NCBI GenBank assembly: GCA_021815205.1
Contig: JAKAHD010000001.1
Location: 89,247-153,246, forward strand
DNA from: a bacterium
GTDB lineage: Bacteria; Patescibacteriota; Minisyncoccia; UBA6257; GWB1-50-10
Direction of reading: 5' to 3'
DNA length: 64,000 bases
Both the position numbers and the translations under genes were made by a program. This document shows, piece after piece, positions 26,797 to 33,815 of the stretch; the first letter of the stretch is position 1; the number at the start of each line of letters is the position of its first letter. Under the pieces are notes generated by a model. It was not told the DNA's origin and made no database searches. It saw only the letters and a program-made list of their open reading frames with translations.

Positions 26797-27648
26797 CTAT
26801 TGTCTTTTATATTGTTTAATGAACACATACGAAACGTACGCGACTATTCCAATGAAGAGAAGCGCCCAAACGTATTCCGGAATCAACGTTACCAATCCGT
26901 TGATTGCGTCCAAGAACTTGGCATTCCACAGATTTATTTGCAATTGATACTCCGAATGTACGAATAACGTATTGCTGAACGCCAAATACGTTATGTAGCC
27001 GCCCATCAAGAGAAATATCAATCCGGAAATGAGCTCCGAGACGGTAATGTGCCAGCTCCAGCTCCCGATTCTCATCCCCACCGTTTTCTTGGCGTTCGTG
27101 AATCGTTCTGTCAGATTTACTTTGTCGAGGAACGCCGCAATGATAAAGAGCGGCAGGGTCATACCTACGACATAGGCCAAGGTATACAACGCGCCCCACA
27201 GAATGGTGCCGCTTGCAACGGACAGCGCGAGCACACCGGCGAGCACCGGCGCACAGCAGGTAGTGGCAATAGCCGAGAAGATACCGAGAATATAGATCGA
27301 GGACACATGCCGCTTCATGCCGTCACGAACGGAGGTCGGGGTGGTGAACTTCTTGCCAAAGAGCATTGAGAGTCCCAACGCCATCAGGAAAATTCCGCCA
27401 ACGGTGAAAATTATGTTGTGGTATTTACTGAACAACTGTGCCAAGAAAGAGGCTCCAAGTCCGATTGGCAAGAAGACCGTCGCTACTCCCAAGAAGAAGA
27501 CAAAAGTCATGAAGAATATTTTGTATTTTTCTTTGAAGATGTTTCCCAAGTAGGACGGTAAGAGGACGGTAATACAGCATGGGGCAAAGAGCGCGGCAAC
27601 CCCCGCCACGAACGCCGCTATGAGTGATGTCCCTACAAGTAATTCCAT
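26797..27648 (-). CDS. DsbD/CcdA-like transmembrane thiol-disulfide transfer protein
   Basis: 283 aa, about 8 TM helices, paired membrane cysteines (FAPCCITVLLPSYLG and IATTCCAPVLAG). Start codon directly preceded by 'gcgacctgcttctaacgga'. Confidence 0.5.
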   Translation of the reverse strand: MELLVGTSLIAAFVAGVAALFAPCCITVLLPSYLGNIFKEKYKIFFMTFVFFLGVATVFLPIGLGASFLAQLFSKYHNIIFTVGGIFLMALGLSMLFGKKFTTPTSVRDGMKRHVSSIYILGIFSAIATTCCAPVLAGVLALSVASGTILWGALYTLAYVVGMTLPLFIIAAFLDKVNLTERFTNAKKTVGMRIGSWSWHITVSELISGLIFLLMGGYITYLAFSNTLFVHSEYQLQINLWNAKFLDAINGLVTLIPEYVWALLFIGIVAYVSYVFIKQYKRQ

Positions 27649-27650
27649 TC

Positions 27651-27775
27651 CGTTAGAAGCAGGTCGCGATCAGCCGACCCTGCTTAATGATTAAGTTTGT
27701 GGATTCTCGACCCGCTTTCATATCGACGTTCTTTCTCTTTAGAGAAATCGTGATCGCGGCTTCTAACGGGATCCA
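27651..27775. repeat. MITE-like element with about 18-bp inverted ends between ccdA-like gene and upstream gene
   Basis: Left arm 'ccgttagaagcaggtcgcgatc', right arm 'gatcgcggcttctaacggg'. Internal hairpin aagcagg/cctgctt. Confidence 0.5.
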
Positions 27776-27885
27776 TATAGTTTTTTGCATAGGTATTATT
27801 TGATGCGAGTTAGTGAATAACAAAAATATCCTTTTTGAGAGGATATTGAAACAGCACGAAAAAGCGTATCGCTTAATGCGTGCTG

Positions 27886-28296
27886 TTAGTGCAAAGAGGG
27901 ACTAAGCTCAAATAGAGAAAGCCACGAGGTAATTTTCTGCTCACCGCCTAAAGAGTGAAGCGTCCCCTCTCGCCGCCGCTCTTGCAATAGTTCCGGTTTC
28001 GGAAGCAGTACATTTTTATACCATAGAACTATCGAAACCGAAGCAAGAAGCAGGGACACGATCAATGAAAGCCAGCCGGAGATCGGCGGCACCACGGTTG
28101 TCGTAAGCGTTTGAAAAGCGGAGACATGATGCAAAGTCATGTCCATGATGCTTGCGGGACAGGCCGTTCCGTCTATGGCCGAGGCAATACAACCGTCGCT
28201 TGAGCCACCCATCATCGCATGCTCAAAAAGCGAAAAACCAAAAACACCTATTCCGACAAAGCTCATTATTAGGAGTAGTGACGCAAGATATTTCAT
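27886..28296 (-). CDS. hypothetical membrane/secreted Cys-containing protein (first gene of second metal operon)
   Basis: 136 aa. N-terminal TM, central Cys/His cluster (DGCIASAIDGTACPASIMDMTLHH), C-terminal TM. Confidence 0.4.
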   Translation of the reverse strand: MKYLASLLLIMSFVGIGVFGFSLFEHAMMGGSSDGCIASAIDGTACPASIMDMTLHHVSAFQTLTTTVVPPISGWLSLIVSLLLASVSIVLWYKNVLLPKPELLQERRREGTLHSLGGEQKITSWLSLFELSPSLH

Positions 28297-28312
28297 GGGA
28301 TTACAAGATGAA

Positions 28313-28368
28313 TATATACCCCCATACCCTATTGGTCAAGTTAAACCATTGTGGATAACAACAAGGCA
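28313..28368 (-). promoter_or_regulatory. candidate promoter/operator of second metal operon (paralogous to 24691-24735)
   Basis: 'atatacccccataccctattggtcaa-N12-ttgtggataa'. In gene orientation TTGACC...gggggTATATA then ATG 17 nt later. Confidence 0.45.
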
Positions 28369-28384
28369 AGGAAAGATTATTAAC

Positions 28385-28420
28385 GCTTTTGCATTTGCTG
28401 CGGGACTTGGATTCGAACGT
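28385..28420 (-). repeat. direct duplicate of tRNA-Gln 3' end plus 15-nt downstream flank (att-like)
   Basis: 'cgcttttgcatttgctgcgggacttggattcgaac' is identical at 28385-28420 and 28563-28598. The first copy lacks the rest of the tRNA. Confidence 0.7.
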
Positions 28421-28576
28421 CGTCCGCCTAAGGCGGACTCCTTGAAACCCATCGGTTTCAATACTTCCGCCACGGGGAAACTCCCGTTTCCCCGACCCCT
28501 TTCCCGGTTCGAATCCACGCCCAAGAAATGCTAAAGCGATATACCTTTTGAGTATAGTATATCGCTTTTGCATTTG

Positions 28577-28647
28577 CTGCGGGACTTGGATTCGAACCAA
28601 GATGACATGATTCAGAGTCATGTATCCTACCATTAGATGATCCCGCA
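28577..28647 (-). tRNA. tRNA-Gln (anticodon CUG)
   Basis: Cloverleaf reads UGCGGGA/UCCCGCA acceptor with U1-A72 and G73 (as in bacterial tRNA-Gln). D-arm AUCU-AAUGGUA-GGAU, anticodon arm CAUGA-CUCUGAA-UCAUG, T-arm CUUGG-UUCGAAU-CCAAG. No encoded CCA. Confidence 0.8.
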
Positions 28648-28689
28648 AGTGCGGACTTATCATATCAAGGAAGAAGAGACGATTCAACT

Positions 28690-28770
28690 CGAAATGTAAA
28701 CCCCCACACCATAAGCATAAGCCTATGGTGTGGGGGTAAACCGCCGTCAGTTGCTTGACGGCGGAGATTT
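28690..28770 (-). terminator. tandem hairpins downstream of the Cys-repeat protein gene
   Basis: 17-bp stem 'taaacccccacaccata...tatggtgtgggggttta' and 10-bp GC stem 'ccgccgtcag-ttgc-ttgacggcgg' with adjacent T-run. Confidence 0.45.
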
Positions 28771-28777
28771 TGGTGGG

Positions 28778-30568
28778 TTATTGGGTGAGAATGTTTCCTA
28801 GGCTTTGCGCGAATGTCCGGAATGCGCCTAAGAGGTTTCCTCCAGAAGATGGCGCAGGAGACGGCGGCGTCATGCCGGCCGGAGGCATCTGGTTCATTGG
28901 CGGTATCTGACTTGCGGGCGGTTGTCCTTGCGGAGGCATCTGCCCCTGCGGAGGTTGTCCGTCTGAAGGAAGTTTTCCGTTCGGCGGGAATCGTCCCTGA
29001 AACTCTTGCATCATCTTTCGCAGATTGCTCTCATCGCCTTGACCCCCCCGATGATTATCTTTACCATCTTGCGGCATCATCTGAAGTTGTTGTTGATTTT
29101 GAAACTGCCCTCGCTCACCGCCCTGCCCTTCGAAGGGCGGCATCTGGCCTTGATTAGGTTGTCCGTTTGGCGGCATTTGTCCGCCAGGGAGGTTGCCTTC
29201 CTGCCCATTCATCATTGGACCGCCATTCGGAAACTTCCCATTCGGCATCTGCCCCTTAAAGGGAATCCCTTCAGGGGTAAGCTGACCTCCTCCTTGTTGC
29301 TCCCCTTGATGCATCTGCCGTATTGTTCCGGGACCTCCCTCTCCTTGCGCGCCTTGAGGAGGTATCATCTGCTCAAAACATTGGCGCATTTTTTCGCCGA
29401 TGCCCTGCGACGCCATCATCGTGCCGCTTTCCAGTTTTTGCATTATGTCGCTTCCCAACGCGTTCTTGAGGCAGTCGAGTACCGCAGGCGGCGCCTGTTC
29501 GAGTGATTGCCGCATCATCTGTCTTCCCTGTTCCATCTTCCGAAGGTCTTCCGGCGGTATCATGCCGTTATCCTTCGCAAACTGGAAACAGGTTTGTTGG
29601 TTTTGAGGATCCTTGCAAAACGTCTCGCACGCGTCTTTGCCGACACATCCGCCCGGACCCTTCCCTCCCGTCTTTTGCGCCATCTCGGCATCCTTTTCCG
29701 TCATGAAGCCCGCGGCCACCGCGAATTTCGTACACTCGTTCACGTGCGCGGGGTCGGCGCAATATTGATCACACGCTTCCTTCCCTTGGCACGCAGGCGG
29801 CTTCACGCCCGCCTGGAGCGCCTTCATCATTCCCTGCGACTGCTCCGCTTCCTTCGGCGTCATAAACCCAGCCTCTTTCGCGAACGTTATGCACTGGAGC
29901 ATGTGGTCGGCCGATGCGCTACAGTAGGTGTTGCACGAATCGCGTCCTCGACAGGGCGGCGGCGTAATACCCTTGTCAATCGCCGTAAGCACTTTCTCGG
30001 CGTTCTGGAGTTCTTCTCCTTTTAAAAATCCTGCCGCCTTGCCGAATGTGATGCACTCCTTCATGTGCGAAGGCTCGCTGCAATAGGTATCGCACGCGTC
30101 TTTGCTCTTGCACGCGGGCGGCTTCACGCCGCTTGCGATCGCCGCTTGTATCCGTTTTGCCTGCTCGAGCCCGCCGGGCGGCGTGATGCCCGTCTTCTCC
30201 GCAAACGCAAGGCATTCATTGATGTGATCAATGTTCGAACAATATGTCTTGCAGGAACCGAGGGACGTGCACCCGCCGGGACCCTGGAGCGATTTCCGCG
30301 CAAGCTCCTCGGCGACGTTCACCTCGTGCTCCGACATTAAGTTGTGGGCCTTCGCAAACGCAAGACACGCATCTGTGTGCGAGGCATCCGCGCAGTATGT
30401 TCTGCATGAGTCTTTACTCGAACAATTTCCGAGCTCGGCAATCGGATATTGGAGCGAGGCGAAAGGATTCGGTCCTGCAACCGTTTGCGCCCGAGCGATG
30501 TGCATGATCACGCCCGCGATCGTTATCCCTGTAGCAAGAATGGCGACCGTGAATAATTTCGTTCTCAT
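28778..30568 (-). CDS. secreted protein with six tandem Cys4(His) repeats and a Met/Gln/Pro/Gly-rich C-terminal tail (novel; putative metal-binding)
   Basis: Signal peptide. Six about 45-50-aa repeats of C-x2-[KR][DE][SA]C-x-[TQ][YF]C-x3-H-x3-C-x2-FA-x2-G. Then about 250 aa of low complexity with MM/MPP/QMPP motifs. Confidence 0.6.
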   Translation of the reverse strand: MRTKLFTVAILATGITIAGVIMHIARAQTVAGPNPFASLQYPIAELGNCSSKDSCRTYCADASHTDACLAFAKAHNLMSEHEVNVAEELARKSLQGPGGCTSLGSCKTYCSNIDHINECLAFAEKTGITPPGGLEQAKRIQAAIASGVKPPACKSKDACDTYCSEPSHMKECITFGKAAGFLKGEELQNAEKVLTAIDKGITPPPCRGRDSCNTYCSASADHMLQCITFAKEAGFMTPKEAEQSQGMMKALQAGVKPPACQGKEACDQYCADPAHVNECTKFAVAAGFMTEKDAEMAQKTGGKGPGGCVGKDACETFCKDPQNQQTCFQFAKDNGMIPPEDLRKMEQGRQMMRQSLEQAPPAVLDCLKNALGSDIMQKLESGTMMASQGIGEKMRQCFEQMIPPQGAQGEGGPGTIRQMHQGEQQGGGQLTPEGIPFKGQMPNGKFPNGGPMMNGQEGNLPGGQMPPNGQPNQGQMPPFEGQGGERGQFQNQQQLQMMPQDGKDNHRGGQGDESNLRKMMQEFQGRFPPNGKLPSDGQPPQGQMPPQGQPPASQIPPMNQMPPAGMTPPSPAPSSGGNLLGAFRTFAQSLGNILTQ

Positions 30569-30570
30569 GG

Positions 30571-30840
30571 TTATTGGAAAGGATTGGTTTTTACCGACTG
30601 AAGCGGATTGGCATTTTCCGCCGGATTCACATTTGGCTGGTTTTGGAGGGGAGAGGTTACGTCACCGAACGAGGGAACGGCCGCTTGCGCCGCGCGCTGT
30701 ACTGCCGCGGATTCCGATGATGTGGCGGGCGGCGAAGACGCGGGTTTTTCCCCGGTCCCCGTCTTTGTTGCGAAATACCACGCGATGAGCGCCGCTACGA
30801 CAATGGTCACTCCCGCGGAAATAAGGGCTTTTTTGTTCAT
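30571..30840 (-). CDS. small secreted/anchored disordered protein
   Basis: 89 aa. Signal anchor then P/S/A/Q/N-rich tail. Sits 3 nt upstream of the Cys-repeat gene. Confidence 0.4.
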   Translation of the reverse strand: MNKKALISAGVTIVVAALIAWYFATKTGTGEKPASSPPATSSESAAVQRAAQAAVPSFGDVTSPLQNQPNVNPAENANPLQSVKTNPFQ

Positions 30841-30890
30841 GGAAGTTCTTATGCTTATTATACCATATCGTTCTTGTGCTACTACTATGC

Positions 30891-30920
30891 GAAGTTGAAC
30901 CTCCGCGGAGGTTCAACTTC
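30891..30920. promoter_or_regulatory. perfect 30-bp palindrome in divergent intergenic region (candidate operator)
   Basis: 'gaagttgaacctccgcggaggttcaacttc' is its own reverse complement. Lies between minus-strand 30840 start and plus-strand 30970 start. Confidence 0.5.
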
Positions 30921-30969
30921 CCACAGGTACTTCAGGAAACTTATATCAAGTTTCGGTATACTATATACT

Positions 30970-31410
30970 ATGAAGCAGTACACAGGCATCGCGATAAGCC
31001 TAGCAGGAGCCGCGGCGCTTGTTGCGGTTCTTTTCTCCATGGGGGTCCTTCGCGAAGAGAAGAAAGAAACCGAAGCGGTCACATCAACGCCGCCCGTATC
31101 GGAAGCAATGAATCCGAACCTCTCACAATCGGGAGGTCTCTCCCATGTGTATTCCACGCAGTACGAAATTACCGAAGCCGATATGGGGAAGACCTTTGTG
31201 TATCCGCTCACTTCCCGTTTCTCGGTGATGTTGGACGGCACGAAGTATGCGCCGCAGAATCTCCATTGCGATAAAGAAGGGATTCTTGGTTCCATCTCAA
31301 ATATCCCCTCGGTTGCGCCGTCGCGTTTCGCAAAGCGATTCGAGGCGGTTGCGCGGGGACTCTGTACGCTTATTGACGGTGATTTCAGCGTGAAGATTCG
31401 CGTCGAGTGA
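30970..31410 (+). CDS. hypothetical secreted/membrane-anchored protein
   Basis: Start at internal ATG (MKQYTGIAISLAGAAALVAVLF signal anchor). 146 aa. Confidence 0.4.
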   Translation: MKQYTGIAISLAGAAALVAVLFSMGVLREEKKETEAVTSTPPVSEAMNPNLSQSGGLSHVYSTQYEITEADMGKTFVYPLTSRFSVMLDGTKYAPQNLHCDKEGILGSISNIPSVAPSRFAKRFEAVARGLCTLIDGDFSVKIRVE

Positions 31411-32662
31411 GGAATGATTGCGCTCTGACTTTTTTATGGTACGCGATCGCAAAGCGATGCGCTTCGTCACGCACGCGGATCAGCGTCGCTTCGTCCGCGA
31501 ATCCGGGGATCGCGCCGAAGAAGTCGTTTCTTTTTCTTTCGGGACCCTTTGCGATCCCCACCACGGGAATCTTCAGTTTTGTTTCCCGAAGTACCTCCCG
31601 TGCGGCACGCACCTGCTCCGCTCCCCCGTCGACGAGAACGAGATCCGGAAGCGGCCAGCCGTCCCGGTCGTCGTGCACGAACCTGCGTCTCATGATCTCT
31701 TTGAGCATCCCGACATCATTCGGCGTCTTGAGTGTCCGTATTTTGAACCTCCTGTACCATCGTTTGGCGGGCTTTCTGTCCTCGAAGACCGCCATCGATC
31801 CCACTGCCGAGGTTCCCGATAGATTCGAGATATCAAACCCCTCTATGCGATAATTTTTAATTTTTAATTTAAAGTTTTTAATTTCCGGTTCTTTAATGAG
31901 GGCGACATCTTGAATGTGCTGGAGGGCGAAGAGATTCCTTTTTATCCTTTCCGCCTTCTCGAACTCGAGATCTTTTGCCGCCGTCCGCATTTCCCTCTTG
32001 AGATTCTTTATAATCCTCTCTTTTTTCCCTTCGAAAAACAGTTTTAAATTCCTAACGGTCTTCAGGTACTCGCTCCTCTGACCGGCATTGACGCACAGTT
32101 CCGGACAGAGGTCTATCTGCGCGTCGAAGCACGGCGTTCCTCTTCCGATATCTCTTGAGGGGTGTGTGTTCCATGGAAAAATCCTGCGGAGAATTTTGAG
32201 TGCTTCGCGCACGCTCGAAGCAGAAGTAAACGGCCCATACCGCGTTCCCGCACATTTTGTTTTTCCGCGCACAAGAAGCACTCTCGGAAATTTCTCCTTC
32301 GTAATCTCGACATAGAGGAAGCTTGTGTCATCTTTCTCGCGGATATTGAACGGCGGAAGATATTGTTTGATAAGGCGCGCCTCAAGCATCAGCGCCTCAA
32401 TCGCGGTACCGGTTTTTTTGTAGTCTATCTTTTGTATCTTGCGTACGAGCTCTTCGATGCGGGAGTCATACCTGCCCTCCGAAGCCTTGGCGAGGGAAGG
32501 AGGACGCAAGAAATAACTCGAAACTCTCCGTTTCAAGTTTCCCGCTTTACCGACGTAGAGAACGTTCCCGTGCCCATCCTTCATGAGGTATACGCCGGGA
32601 GTATCCGGGAGATTCTTGTAGTACGCGGCGCGATCCTGGTTTTTATTCTTACCGGTTCGCAT
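31385..32662 (-). CDS. uvrC: excinuclease ABC subunit C (short form lacking C-terminal HhH region)
   Basis: N-terminal GIY-YIG (GVYLMKDGHGNVLYVGKAGNLKRRVSSYF), UvrBC-interaction and RNase H-like endonuclease regions. 425 aa versus about 600 typical. Confidence 0.75.
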   Translation of the reverse strand: MRTGKNKNQDRAAYYKNLPDTPGVYLMKDGHGNVLYVGKAGNLKRRVSSYFLRPPSLAKASEGRYDSRIEELVRKIQKIDYKKTGTAIEALMLEARLIKQYLPPFNIREKDDTSFLYVEITKEKFPRVLLVRGKTKCAGTRYGPFTSASSVREALKILRRIFPWNTHPSRDIGRGTPCFDAQIDLCPELCVNAGQRSEYLKTVRNLKLFFEGKKERIIKNLKREMRTAAKDLEFEKAERIKRNLFALQHIQDVALIKEPEIKNFKLKIKNYRIEGFDISNLSGTSAVGSMAVFEDRKPAKRWYRRFKIRTLKTPNDVGMLKEIMRRRFVHDDRDGWPLPDLVLVDGGAEQVRAAREVLRETKLKIPVVGIAKGPERKRNDFFGAIPGFADEATLIRVRDEAHRFAIAYHKKVRAQSFLTRRESSR

Positions 32663-33527
32663 CGAAGAGAAAGTCCGTGATCTTTTGTAGTGGAGTCCGT
32701 ACGGGTTTCGGATATCCCGCGCCGTTTCTGATCTGTGTTACGTAGTATGCCGCCTCCGCCGTTCCAAGTTGGATGAGATCTTCCGCTTCAGGAAAATCCG
32801 CCCAGTGGTACTTCGCGACCGGAGGATGCAGTACGATATCGGCTTTTTCGAGCACATGGCGCGCAATCTGGAACTCGAGCGCGGGAAGCACGTCCGCGAT
32901 AAGTGACTTGATGCCGTGGATGCTTATCGTCTCTTCGGAGATGTCGGGCCATTCTTTCGAAACGTCAACCGCGATCACGAACTCTGCTCCCATGTCGCGC
33001 ACGACGTCCGCCGGCACGGGGTCCACAAGTCCTCCATCCGCAAGCAGGCGTCCTCCCACGGGAACCGGTGCGAATAATATCGGCAGTGCGGCCGACGCCT
33101 GGATTGCGGTGGTGAGCAGCCCTTTCTTAAGAATTACGGTTTCGCCGTTTTTTACGTCCGTCGCGATGGCGCTGAACGGGATTGTGCATTTCTCGATTGA
33201 AATGCCCTTGATGTGCGACTTCAGCATCTCAATCACGGGCCGCGTGTCGCGGAAAGGCGACTCCGCCTTCTTGTGCGCCCTGAGAAGTTTGCGCACGGGA
33301 AGCATATCCTTCTCCTTCACACTCAGAAAGAGTTTTTCAAGCGTGTCGATATCCTTCGTTGCCGCATAGAATCCGCCGATTAAGGCGCCCATACTGGTGC
33401 CTGCAATGTAGTCAATTTGAATCTCCGCGTCCCGCAACGCCTTGATGACGCCGATGTGCGCGAGTCCTCTCGCTCCCCCGCCTCCAAGGGCAAGCCCGAT
33501 TGTTTTTTTCTTCTGACGTGGTGCCAT
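32649..33527 (-). CDS. patatin-like phospholipase
   Basis: GGGARG oxyanion motif, GTSMG (GxSxG) nucleophile elbow, DGG catalytic Asp motif. Overlaps uvrC start by 14 nt. Confidence 0.8.
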   Translation of the reverse strand: MAPRQKKKTIGLALGGGGARGLAHIGVIKALRDAEIQIDYIAGTSMGALIGGFYAATKDIDTLEKLFLSVKEKDMLPVRKLLRAHKKAESPFRDTRPVIEMLKSHIKGISIEKCTIPFSAIATDVKNGETVILKKGLLTTAIQASAALPILFAPVPVGGRLLADGGLVDPVPADVVRDMGAEFVIAVDVSKEWPDISEETISIHGIKSLIADVLPALEFQIARHVLEKADIVLHPPVAKYHWADFPEAEDLIQLGTAEAAYYVTQIRNGAGYPKPVRTPLQKITDFLFDANR

Positions 33528-33732
33528 TCTTTTTATTGGCGCAGTGTAGCGAGTGAAATGTGAAAGCGAAGCTTTTGCGTTTCAGGAGCACACAAGCCAA
33601 GAAGGGGTTCACTACCCCGCGGTCGGCTACCCTTCATTTTAGAACGAAAATGTTTTTTATCAAAATATAGACGGAACGCTGGTCTATTAGTAGATGGATG
33701 TCTTTATGATCATCATATCCTTCAAACAAGAG

Positions 33733-33780
33733 GGTGCTATGCCATAGCATAGCACCTGTTACTCCGCGCATTTTTTCTTA
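33733..33780. terminator. hairpin plus T-tract between uvrA and patatin gene (bidirectional terminator candidate)
   Basis: 10-bp stem ggtgctatgc/gcatagcacc with loop 'cata', followed by 'cattttttctt' on plus and 'ctcttgtttg' on minus. Confidence 0.45.
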
Positions 33781-33815
33781 AGCAAAGAGAATCTCCCCTG
33801 TCCGTAAGGAAAGGG

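Noticed and set aside
28391-28535. Possibility of a second complete tRNA (or intron-containing tRNA) in the 140 bp next to tRNA-Gln
   Set aside because: T-loop-like sequences are present on both strands but no consistent acceptor/T-stem pairing could be built. Interpreted instead as a tRNA 3' fragment duplication plus hairpins.
28300-28780. Integrase/recombinase expected beside an att-like tRNA duplication
   Set aside because: No tyrosine or serine recombinase-like ORF exists within several kb on either side, so an active integrative element cannot be claimed.
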